The notes under the pieces were generated by a model, which saw only the letters and a program-made list of their open reading frames with translations, searched no databases and was not told the origin of the DNA. From a virus (lineage: Duplodnaviria; Caudoviricetes): a stretch of 64,000 nucleotides of DNA. Positions 8,739-17,267 of this stretch are shown piece after piece. The position numbers and the translations under genes are program-made. Position 1 is the first letter of the stretch, and each line of letters starts with the position of its first letter. The stretch is from positions 5,057 to 69,056 of the IMG/VR virus record IMGVR_UViG_3300014205_000219; one strand, written 5' to 3'.

Positions 8739-9449
8739 ATGGAAAAAATAAGGTTTAGAGATACAAAATATTGGGTTTATCCTGATGGTAGAGTTTGGTC
8801 TGATAGTTTTGGTGGCGGATTTAAGTCATTTACAACTCATTATGTTGGTTATTTACAAACGAGTATAAGTTTGGGAAAAAAGGGTAATAAGGTTAAAAAA
8901 AAGTTTTTTATTCATAGAATGGTTGCGGAGTGTTTTATTCCTAATCCTGAAAATAAGCCTCAGGTTAATCATAAAAACGGAATTAAGACAGATAACAGGG
9001 TAGAGAATTTAGAGTGGTGTACAAGGAAGGAAAACATGAATCACGCTTATGCAACTGGTCTGGTTGAAATTAATGTAAATAATTGGGTTTATCGTAAAAA
9101 TTTGTTTCCTAGAAATGTTTTAAGTGATTATCAGGCTGAAAAAGGTCGTTTGATGTGGTTCAATGGAAAAAGTTATAGTGAGATAGCTTTGGAACTGGGT
9201 GTTAGTAGAAGCGCTGTTTATTCCGCCGTAAATGGCAAAAATGGACATAAATTAAATGGATTTACTCCTATTGATTATAAGAAAAGGGTTGTTTTTTTAA
9301 ATGAAATGGAAAAGGAGTGGAAGAGTGATTTTTTTCGGGCCACTAAAGGCGTAAAAAATAAAAAATATATTATAAACGAAGTTGGTCCGCCGGATTGGAG
9401 TAAGATAATAAACAATGAGCCTATCCCGGTTACTATAAATATTAAATAA
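8739..9449 (+). CDS. HNH homing endonuclease with C-terminal HTH
   Basis: [40 protein letters not shown] motif; [19 protein letters not shown]. Confidence 0.9.
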   Translation: MEKIRFRDTKYWVYPDGRVWSDSFGGGFKSFTTHYVGYLQTSISLGKKGNKVKKKFFIHRMVAECFIPNPENKPQVNHKNGIKTDNRVENLEWCTRKENMNHAYATGLVEINVNNWVYRKNLFPRNVLSDYQAEKGRLMWFNGKSYSEIALELGVSRSAVYSAVNGKNGHKLNGFTPIDYKKRVVFLNEMEKEWKSDFFRATKGVKNKKYIINEVGPPDWSKIINNEPIPVTINIK

Positions 9450-9504
9450 AAAATTTTAGTAGATTTTTGCAACCTTGTATGATTGTATACGTTAAAGAGG
9501 GTGT

Positions 9505-9663
9505 ATGGCTAAAAAGTATTCAAAGAGGGTGGATAAGGAGGGGGTGAGATTGGCGTGGGTGATGAAGGTGTATAAGTTTAGTGCAAGACAGGTTGCTGAG
9601 AAGTTGGGGGTGAATGTTTGCACTGTATATAGGATATATGCTGATAAAAAGACAAGGATATGA
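9505..9663 (+). CDS. Small HTH DNA-binding protein (52 aa, not in ORF track)
   Basis: Hand translation ...FSARQVAEKLGVNVCTVYRIY...; ATGA overlap with next ORF. Confidence 0.75.
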   Translation: MAKKYSKRVDKEGVRLAWVMKVYKFSARQVAEKLGVNVCTVYRIYADKKTRI

Positions 9664-10091
9664 AGAAGTGTTTGAAGTGTGGGGTAAATAATCAGAGGTA
9701 TAGGGTATTGTTTGAGGGGGCTTATTGTAAAGATTGTGTAGATGGTGTCCCGACAAGGGAGAGAAGTTGGTATAAAGAGAAGATTGCCGCCGAGAAGGTT
9801 CGTAAAGAAGCTAAGAAAGCGAAAGTTTTCCGCCGGAAAGCGGTAAAGATTATAGAGAAGGCTGTTAAATCCCCTAAAAAGGTAAAATTATGTAATAAAT
9901 GTAGATGTGGTCTCACTAAAGATAACACTTACCCTGTTAAAGGTGGAAAACTTGATTGGTATTGTAAATGGTGCAGGATTGAGGTGAATAAGGAGAATAG
10001 GGATAGGGTGAAGAATGCTGGTCTAAAAAAGGGGATAAAGTTAATATTAAAGCACTTGTTGCATTCTGATGATAATTATAAAATAAGATAA
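9660..10091 (+). CDS. Basic zinc-finger protein
   Basis: Four CxxC pairs (CLKC, CKDC, CNKC, CKWC). Confidence 0.65.
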   Translation: MKKCLKCGVNNQRYRVLFEGAYCKDCVDGVPTRERSWYKEKIAAEKVRKEAKKAKVFRRKAVKIIEKAVKSPKKVKLCNKCRCGLTKDNTYPVKGGKLDWYCKWCRIEVNKENRDRVKNAGLKKGIKLILKHLLHSDDNYKIR

Positions 10092-10092
10092 C

Positions 10093-10365
10093 ATGGATAT
10101 TAAGGTGGAATTAATAAGTGAATATAGTGTGGAGGTGGAGAAATGGCGGGGGAGGAAAGAAAAGGCTGTTAAAAGGGCTAATGAAGATTTATCGCTTATT
10201 GTTCCATTAGTGGAGGAGTATTATGAGGCGAGGAGACCGGTGGGGGATATGGTGGTGTATAGTTGGAATGTAAAGGGTGGTGTTGAGGGGTTTAAGGTGT
10301 TTTTGAATGATTTTCTGAAGGTGTGTGTTTGTTATCCGGGGACAGTGGTTAAAGTAAGTAGGTAG
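10093..10365 (+). CDS. Hypothetical protein
   Basis: ORF track. Confidence 0.6.
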   Translation: MDIKVELISEYSVEVEKWRGRKEKAVKRANEDLSLIVPLVEEYYEARRPVGDMVVYSWNVKGGVEGFKVFLNDFLKVCVCYPGTVVKVSR

Positions 10366-10369
10366 ATAT

Positions 10370-10951
10370 ATGAGTTTATACGACAAATTAGGGGTAGATA
10401 AAGGAGCTTCTGCCGAAGAGATTAAAGATGCTTATAAGGAAAAAGCTAAGAAATTACACCCTGACAAGAATGGTGGTGATGGTAAGGAGATGGCGGAAGT
10501 GAATCATGCTTATTTAGTGTTAAGAGACCCTGCTAAAAGGGATAAATATGATGCCACCGGCCAGGAATATGAGGAGAGTTTTGATGTTAAGTTTGCGGGG
10601 TTTGTAAACACTATATTTATGAAATTAGTGGATATTGAGGATGTTGATACGAGGGATTTGGTTGGATTGTTTAAGAATCAGGCTAATTTACATATAAAGA
10701 AGTTGTGTGGGGTAAAGGAGGAATTGGAATTTAAGAAGAAGAAATGTGAGAAAGTGTTTAATAGGCTCGGCGGGGATAATAGGATTGGAAATGTAGTTTC
10801 TATGAATATAGATATGTTTAAGTCGGAGATTTCAAAGATGGAGGAGGAGATTAAATTCATGGAAGAATGTTTTGAAGTGATAAGCCATCATAATTATAAA
10901 TTTGATGAACCTAAAGATGTAAATGAATTTTATGTAACATTTAACAGATAA
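10370..10951 (+). CDS. J-domain (DnaJ-like) protein
   Basis: LYDKLGV...AS.EEIK.AY...AKKLHPDKNGG...R.KYD.TG; intact HPD motif. Confidence 0.9.
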   Translation: MSLYDKLGVDKGASAEEIKDAYKEKAKKLHPDKNGGDGKEMAEVNHAYLVLRDPAKRDKYDATGQEYEESFDVKFAGFVNTIFMKLVDIEDVDTRDLVGLFKNQANLHIKKLCGVKEELEFKKKKCEKVFNRLGGDNRIGNVVSMNIDMFKSEISKMEEEIKFMEECFEVISHHNYKFDEPKDVNEFYVTFNR

Positions 10952-10954
10952 ACC

Positions 10955-11143
10955 ATGAGACTTCCACCGCCAGACAGAACTAAATACCCATTTAAAACAC
11001 TTAATTTGAATGATAGTGTAGTTACTGAAGGTAATTACAGGGTGATAAGGATATGCGCGGATGGATATAGGAACAGGAGAGGATGGATGTTTTTAGTTAA
11101 GGATTTAGGAGAAGGTAAAGTAGAAATTAAAAGATATAAATAG
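10955..11143 (+). CDS. Small phage protein
   Basis: KYPF..L...DS motif; ends TAG TAG TAG TAA. Confidence 0.65.
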   Translation: MRLPPPDRTKYPFKTLNLNDSVVTEGNYRVIRICADGYRNRRGWMFLVKDLGEGKVEIKRYK

Positions 11144-11193
11144 TAGTAGTAAAATTTTGAAATTAATTATTAACCAACTATATTTACAGTAAT

Positions 11194-11292
11194 ATGACAA
11201 CGATTAGTAACGACATTCCGCCGAACAGCACTTTGTATTTTTTAATTTGTGTATTGGCGGCAGTGATAGTAATATCTTTTTGTATATGCTAA
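11194..11292 (+). CDS. Small single-TM peptide (32 aa)
   Basis: MTTISNDIPPNSTLYFLICVLAAVIVISFCIC, downstream of a TATATTTA box. Confidence 0.45.
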   Translation: MTTISNDIPPNSTLYFLICVLAAVIVISFCIC

Positions 11293-11555
11293 CAGCTAGC
11301 GCTATTCATAGATATGGTATAGAGGGTGTATGGGATATGTATGCCTCTATAAACGATCTTTTCTCAGGGAGTGATAATGACCCATTTTTAAATGCAGATG
11401 CTTTAGCTGGCGAAATAGGGGCTGTATTTTGGGATATAACAGTGGCTATTGCCAGTAAGGATAAGTGTATTATTCAAGTTCTTGTTTTTAGAAATAAGAT
11501 GGGATATGACAAATATAAATCGGACGGAGTAGTAATTTTTGACCATAAAGAATAA
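11286..11555 (+). CDS. Hypothetical protein
   Basis: ORF track 11247-11555; first ATG at 11286. Confidence 0.5.
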   Translation: MLTASAIHRYGIEGVWDMYASINDLFSGSDNDPFLNADALAGEIGAVFWDITVAIASKDKCIIQVLVFRNKMGYDKYKSDGVVIFDHKE

Positions 11556-11809
11556 TGGAAACAATGACAATACAAAGAGGGACTATTTCTTTGCCTGAAG
11601 GGCAGGGTCCGGTTGTTTATGTGAGGTTTAAAAAGCCTCGCAGACCAAGAAAGTGGAAAAAGCGATTCTTTAAACTGCATGGATATAATTGGACTAAAAA
11701 CATTGTTAATGGATGGATGTGTTTAAATGATGATGGTTTCTATCCAAGTCAAACACCCATATATGCAACTATTACGCAAGAACATTTAGATGTTTTTGAT
11801 AAAGAATGA
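11555..11809 (+). CDS. Hypothetical protein
   Basis: ORF track; TAATG coupling. Confidence 0.6.
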   Translation: METMTIQRGTISLPEGQGPVVYVRFKKPRRPRKWKKRFFKLHGYNWTKNIVNGWMCLNDDGFYPSQTPIYATITQEHLDVFDKE

Positions 11810-11892
11810 AAGGTGGAATTGCAATAGGAATAGGTTTTTATATCCCGATACTTAATGGTAAGATTTGGGTGGAATATTTTGTAAATTAAGTT

Positions 11893-12216
11893 ATGATTCA
11901 GAAAATAACAGGTAAAATAAGAACTATATTTGATACTCAAAACATTGGGGATAACTTTAGTAAAAGAAAGTTTGCGGTTGATTACATAGCTAACCCTGAC
12001 GCCAAATGGAATAAGCCGTGTCCAATTCAGTTTTATGTATTTAATCGTAAAAAAGATAAAATTAACCTTTGTAATGAATTAAACACTTTTTCTCCGGCAG
12101 ATGAAGTAGAGGTGGTGTTTAGTCTTCGAGGAAGGGAATTTAACGGTAAGTATTTTAATGTATTAGAGTGTATTAGTATAAAAGCATTACAACTTTGTAA
12201 GGAAATAAACAAATAA
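11893..12216 (+). CDS. DUF3127-like putative ssDNA-binding protein
   Basis: I.GKI..IF..Q.I...FSKR.F...GDEV.V.F.L.GRE.NGKYFN.L pattern typical of Bacteroidota phages. Confidence 0.75.
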   Translation: MIQKITGKIRTIFDTQNIGDNFSKRKFAVDYIANPDAKWNKPCPIQFYVFNRKKDKINLCNELNTFSPADEVEVVFSLRGREFNGKYFNVLECISIKALQLCKEINK

Positions 12217-12236
12217 TAATTTATCACAGAATTGAA

Positions 12237-12470
12237 ATGGCTTCATCGGACGAATATCAACAGCAGAATGAATGGAATCAAATTGTAAACAAGCCTTGTT
12301 TCTTTCCGGGAGACGGGAGTCAAATGGATATAAATTCGCAGATTTACGCAGGAGAAAGAGAGCGAAATTATTGGTTTAAAAAGGTTACGGGCGTTTCCGG
12401 TGAAGATGTATTTTTATTTAATGACAATGATTTAAACAACACAAACAATGATACTATACACAACCACTAA
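12237..12470 (+). CDS. Hypothetical protein
   Basis: ORF track. Confidence 0.5.
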   Translation: MASSDEYQQQNEWNQIVNKPCFFPGDGSQMDINSQIYAGERERNYWFKKVTGVSGEDVFLFNDNDLNNTNNDTIHNH

Positions 12471-12639
12471 AATAGAAACTAAAGCCGACTATATTCGTTG
12501 GCAGATGCACTACAAATTTCGCGAGAAATTAATCAATGAAGTGATGGCTAAAGTGTTTAACAAAAATACTTTTGTAAATTCAGTCGTAGAGGACGCTTAG
12601 AAAAAAGCAATGCAGGATATAAACAATGCTATTAAGTAA
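12448..12639 (+). CDS. Small protein with one in-frame TAG (12598-12600)
   Basis: MILYTTTKIETKADYIRW...VVEDA*KKAMQDINNAIK(TAA). Confidence 0.5.
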
Positions 12640-12662
12640 GTAACAAATAAAACAGATATATA

Positions 12663-13442
12663 ATGAACTACAAAAAAATTAGTTTAAATGCGCATGGCGC
12701 AAAAGGCGCAGAGATTTTCTTTTTGGAGCCGAATGACAAGGGTCTGCAAGAGCTGACCAAGAAGTACCCACGAAATCCTTGTCACATCGGCATGCAGAAG
12801 CTATTTAAAGATTTACGCCCGCACCTGCTCAATATCTGCGGGATAATCAATTCTGACATGGATATGAATATTATGGCTCAATATCTATTAGAAACGACCG
12901 TAGACTGCATAGAATTAGATGGTGGCACTATCACACTCAGCGGAGAAAAACTTGCAACAGCGGACAAATACATTAAGCTAAAGACATATAAGCTAGAGGC
13001 CGAAGATGGCTATGAGCAGTATGACGAAGTATTTAATTTAGTGAATGCTATTTGTGAGGAAACAACTGAGTATTTGAAAGGTAATAAAAAGGCGGACGAT
13101 ATTGAAGCTGCGATGCAGTGGTTGGAAATGAAAGGTAGCGTTAAGGTGAAAGAAGATGGTAAAACTAAAACCCTCACCATTGATGATATTAAGGAGTTCT
13201 CTCCTGAGAAATTAAAGGAATGGGCAACTAAACTTCTTGAAACAAACTTTGGAAGCGTAATCCTTCACAATGAAGACTTAGACCATGATGGCGTAGATGT
13301 AACTGCGGCTGTTCAGGAGCTTAAAACTGAATTTGAAATCACTGAAGAAGTTAGTCAGATTGAAGTGGCGGAATCAAAACCTAAAAAAGACAAGAAAGTA
13401 AAAGAAACAGCTCCATCTACTAACGAAGAAGAACAATTTTAA
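12663..13442 (+). CDS. Conserved hypothetical protein with acidic C-terminus
   Basis: ORF track, 259 aa. Confidence 0.8.
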   Translation: MNYKKISLNAHGAKGAEIFFLEPNDKGLQELTKKYPRNPCHIGMQKLFKDLRPHLLNICGIINSDMDMNIMAQYLLETTVDCIELDGGTITLSGEKLATADKYIKLKTYKLEAEDGYEQYDEVFNLVNAICEETTEYLKGNKKADDIEAAMQWLEMKGSVKVKEDGKTKTLTIDDIKEFSPEKLKEWATKLLETNFGSVILHNEDLDHDGVDVTAAVQELKTEFEITEEVSQIEVAESKPKKDKKVKETAPSTNEEEQF

Positions 13443-14212
13443 TGAGCAACCCACACACATTATTTCCTAATAAGGTTGTGCTGGAACCTATTTCACACAC
13501 GTATCAGTGTAGTAATGGTAATCAATACTTATCAGTAAGTAGATTTTTATCATTACTATCTGAGCGTTTTGAAGATACTATTGCTTATAAAAGAGCAAGT
13601 GAGGCTACTAAACTTGAATGGAAAGGTAAGGGTAAGACTGCCGCAGATCATGGTACTAATATCCATGAAGCTTTAGAGCTTTACAATAAGACTGGTCAAA
13701 TACTACAAACTAACGCTCATTTAGAACAAGCTATTAAAAGTATTACTGCTGAATATAATTCTTATCACCAGTCTTATGATGAAATATGTCTTTACAATGA
13801 TAAGTATAGAATCGCCGGAACTACTGATAAGATTTGTATGATTAGCAATCGTAAAGAGTGCGAAGTGGATTTGGCGGATTATAAAACAAATATTTCAAAA
13901 GGTATATATTATTTTAGTGATTACAAGAAGAGGATGTTCCCTCCATTAGATCACTTACAGGACTGTAATTACGTGAAGTATAGTTTGCAGTTAAGTATTT
14001 ATGCTTATTTCTTTGAAGAGCTTACGGGCAGGAAAGTAAGACAACTTTACATACACTTTATACCGCCAAATGACATGATGCAGCACAGAAAGATTCCTGT
14101 GATGTACATGAAGAATGACGTGAAGATATTACTTGAATTGTATAAGGACACAGTATTAAACATAGTTGAACCAGTAATGATAAATCAAACAGAAGATGAA
14201 GAGGAGTTTTAA
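13442..14212 (+). CDS. PD-(D/E)XK (Cas4/lambda-exo-like) exonuclease
   Basis: GT.IHE, IAGTTD, LADYKTN, YSLQLSIYA motifs. Confidence 0.85.
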   Translation: MSNPHTLFPNKVVLEPISHTYQCSNGNQYLSVSRFLSLLSERFEDTIAYKRASEATKLEWKGKGKTAADHGTNIHEALELYNKTGQILQTNAHLEQAIKSITAEYNSYHQSYDEICLYNDKYRIAGTTDKICMISNRKECEVDLADYKTNISKGIYYFSDYKKRMFPPLDHLQDCNYVKYSLQLSIYAYFFEELTGRKVRQLYIHFIPPNDMMQHRKIPVMYMKNDVKILLELYKDTVLNIVEPVMINQTEDEEEF

Positions 14213-14424
14213 TGGAAAAAACAACTAAATACAGAATAGGCTCTGAGCATGATTTATGGCTTCCTGTAACAATAGAAGTTTATAAGGGAACAATCATTGG
14301 CTCTAGTGATAAAAGATTAGTGGAGATAGGTTCTAATTTTGAATCTATGAGAAAATACTGGGAGCAATTCGACGGAGAAAACAAATACACCATAACACTT
14401 ATACCTGATGAAAACACCAATTAG
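14212..14424 (+). CDS. Hypothetical protein
   Basis: ORF track. Confidence 0.55.
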   Translation: MEKTTKYRIGSEHDLWLPVTIEVYKGTIIGSSDKRLVEIGSNFESMRKYWEQFDGENKYTITLIPDENTN

Positions 14425-14611
14425 CGGAAGCCCTGATGAATTTGCAGAGAATTTATACTGGGAATATAATAAGTTTGAAAACTTAACCACTGATGAAGTT
14501 AAGAGGCTGTGTATATCTACACTTGATATTTTAATGCAGGAAGTGGACACACACAAGAGAGTGTATTACAAAACAGCTAAAGAGGCTATTAAAAACAGGG
14601 GGAATATATGA
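14408..14611 (+). CDS. Hypothetical protein
   Basis: ORF track. Confidence 0.6.
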   Translation: MKTPISGSPDEFAENLYWEYNKFENLTTDEVKRLCISTLDILMQEVDTHKRVYYKTAKEAIKNRGNI

Positions 14612-15141
14612 GTTATTTATTTTACGTAGACACAAAAAACAATGCTGTTTTACATCCAGAGGTTGTTAAATTATGTCCTTCATTTTTGGCACTTAACGAA
14701 AAAGAGATTTTATATGTTGTTTTGTTTGCTGATTACAATTCGATATATAAACAGTTCCCGGAACACGAGCGAAAAAGGAAGGCAATGTGGCACGCTTTTG
14801 ATGAAAACGAGCATGAGCTTATAGAATCAACTCGAATATTAAATGCGATTCAAGATTATATTTCTTTACAATATAGTCCTAAGATCGAAACAATAAACAA
14901 GTATCAAAAGAAGATTGATGATATGCTTGTGTTGTTGGAAGTAGACAATAATCCATCTAGCATTGAAAGGATAGATAAGGCAATAGGTACTCTTCGAAAA
15001 AGAATTAATGATATGCAGACAGAGGTTTTGTCTGATACTGTTAATGATGGTGTATTAAAGGGAGGTAAGATTAAGTCTTTTTTAGAGAAGGCAATGTCAA
15101 ATAAGAAACATTATTTCGCTATTATAGGCAAAAAAGTATAA
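14608..15141 (+). CDS. Putative terminase small subunit
   Basis: Position immediately upstream of TerL, helical/coiled-coil; positional inference. Confidence 0.5.
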   Translation: MSYLFYVDTKNNAVLHPEVVKLCPSFLALNEKEILYVVLFADYNSIYKQFPEHERKRKAMWHAFDENEHELIESTRILNAIQDYISLQYSPKIETINKYQKKIDDMLVLLEVDNNPSSIERIDKAIGTLRKRINDMQTEVLSDTVNDGVLKGGKIKSFLEKAMSNKKHYFAIIGKKV

Positions 15142-15143
15142 CC

Positions 15144-17198
15144 ATGGCACAAAGATTTAAATTTTTTACAGGCATGGGTTTTGACCCAAGTAATCCAGAG
15201 CATAGACCTCCATATATAAAGGGAAAAGGATTTTGTCCGAATCCAATAGTGATTTTCGGAATACCAAAATACGCTGATAGTTTATATGATAAAAAAGTTA
15301 TAGGAACGCCTGAATATATTGCGTTTTGGGAAGAGGAATTAAGGCGAATACATAACGGGTATCAAACTGGTGGGTGGTGGATTCCCGGACGTTATTATTA
15401 CTATTTAAACTATTCTGTAATGCAGGACGTTAAGGGTGGAAGTATTAATCCTGACATAGATGATTTACACATGGAACTTGCTTATTTAATCGAGTATTGT
15501 AAGACTTATGGTAAAAATTTAATGATTCCTAAAGCCCGTAGGAAAGGTATATCAGAAGCCACTCATAAGATGGTTATAGATTATGGATGGAGGTTTACTT
15601 ATGACTATAAGGCTGGTATAGCTTCTGGCAAGAAAGATTTTATTGATGACTTTGTAAAGAAATTAAGATATGGGTGGATGTATTTGCCGCCAGAATTTTA
15701 TACTAATCCAGATTTAAACAATGATGATGAAATTATTGCTGGATATAGTGAAAAAAATAATTTAAACTCCTATGTTCAAGCGGGGACGAGAAACATTATA
15801 TATACGAGAACAATCCATACTGACGCTACTGGATTTAAAGGAAATTATTACAGAGATATTATTGTTGAAGAGATTGGTGAAACTGAAAAGTTTTTAGAAT
15901 TTTGGCGCGGAACAAAGTCGGCATTAACTGATGGTATTGGAAATCAGATAGGTTCCGCTTTCTGTTATGGCACAGGTGGGAAAATGGATAAGGGTTCTAA
16001 AGATTTTAAAAAGGCATGGTCAAGAAATGAGAAAGAAAATTTTATTGACACTAATAATTTTATAAGATTTTTAATTCCAGCGCAAAGATTTAATATATAC
16101 GGTGGGGCATCTGAGGCTAAAAGAAGGATTCCCAAAGACTCTAAGTTGTTAAAAGAATATCAGCCTTATCAATTAATCGGCGTTGAAGATATTGAAACAT
16201 CTTTAGCTAATATATTAAAAGAAAGAGCCGACTTAATTACTAAATCAGACAAACAAGATTACTACGAGCATTTACAAAACGAGCCTATAAATGAGCAGGA
16301 AATATTTGCTAAGACTATTGTAAATAATTTTGATTCACAAAAACTTTCCGCTCAACAAGCCATACTTGACGGACAAGTTCATCCAAAATGGACAAAGTAT
16401 AAATTTATTTGGGCAAAAGATAAAAACGGAATGCCTACAATGACTCCTGAGCCGAAAGTTTTAGAGAAGCATGACGATCAAGAAACTTGTGTTTGGATAT
16501 TAGATGAAGGACATCCTGTTAATAATTATATTGGAAGGTATTCCGCTGGGATAGACGGGTACAATGTTGATCAAACTAAGAACTCAAAATCTTTGGGCGG
16601 AATGTGTGTTATTGATAGGGTTACAAAAACACCCGTTGCGGTTATTTGTTGTAGACCGGCTAGAAAAGAAATGTTTTATGAGCTGTGTATTCAGTTATCT
16701 ATTTATTATAAAATGTATGGAAACGTACTTGGTGACATAGGGTCCGACTCTGTAATGAAGCATTTTGAGCTTTTTGGGTGCTATCAGTATTTAGCAGATA
16801 GACCTAAAAAATTTGAGTCATTAACTAGTGAGCAAATGCACGTTAAATGGGTGCGTTTAACTGATTATAGCAAGCCTAAAATGATAGGGTTAATGCAGTC
16901 ACATGTCATAGACCATTGCGATAAAATATGGTTCCCTGAGCTTATTAGCCAAATTTCAACTTATGATGAGGGGGCTAGGGATAGTGATAATGACTTGGCG
17001 GATGCTTATGGGATTGCTCTTATGCAAGACATAAGTTATGATATGACCCCTAAGAATACAGAAGACGATCAAATTCCTGACAGATTTGCACTCCCTAAGT
17101 TTAGTAATGGTCAAATGGTGAGGCAAGCTGACCCTATAAAAAACATTCAGCAAGACTCTAATCTGTTCGGAATGATGTTTGGAAAACAACCTGAATAA
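15144..17198 (+). CDS. terL: Terminase large subunit (crAss-like)
   Basis: Walker A-like KARRKGISE, Walker B-like IIVEE, nuclease AGIDGY and DNDLADA motifs. Confidence 0.9.
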   Translation: MAQRFKFFTGMGFDPSNPEHRPPYIKGKGFCPNPIVIFGIPKYADSLYDKKVIGTPEYIAFWEEELRRIHNGYQTGGWWIPGRYYYYLNYSVMQDVKGGSINPDIDDLHMELAYLIEYCKTYGKNLMIPKARRKGISEATHKMVIDYGWRFTYDYKAGIASGKKDFIDDFVKKLRYGWMYLPPEFYTNPDLNNDDEIIAGYSEKNNLNSYVQAGTRNIIYTRTIHTDATGFKGNYYRDIIVEEIGETEKFLEFWRGTKSALTDGIGNQIGSAFCYGTGGKMDKGSKDFKKAWSRNEKENFIDTNNFIRFLIPAQRFNIYGGASEAKRRIPKDSKLLKEYQPYQLIGVEDIETSLANILKERADLITKSDKQDYYEHLQNEPINEQEIFAKTIVNNFDSQKLSAQQAILDGQVHPKWTKYKFIWAKDKNGMPTMTPEPKVLEKHDDQETCVWILDEGHPVNNYIGRYSAGIDGYNVDQTKNSKSLGGMCVIDRVTKTPVAVICCRPARKEMFYELCIQLSIYYKMYGNVLGDIGSDSVMKHFELFGCYQYLADRPKKFESLTSEQMHVKWVRLTDYSKPKMIGLMQSHVIDHCDKIWFPELISQISTYDEGARDSDNDLADAYGIALMQDISYDMTPKNTEDDQIPDRFALPKFSNGQMVRQADPIKNIQQDSNLFGMMFGKQPE

Positions 17199-17267
17199 CT
17201 TATTTTAGTTTACTAATTAAATTTAATTATATTTACCATTGTATAAATCATGGAATTTATCAATTAA

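Noticed and set aside
8800-11300. Orientation flip of GGCGG sites across the skew switch
   Set aside because: Right of the switch, GGCGG and CCGCC occur about equally on the plus strand, so polarity is supported only on the left side.
15144-17198. Intein or intron in TerL
   Set aside because: Length and motif spacing are continuous; no splicing motifs or LAGLIDADG seen.
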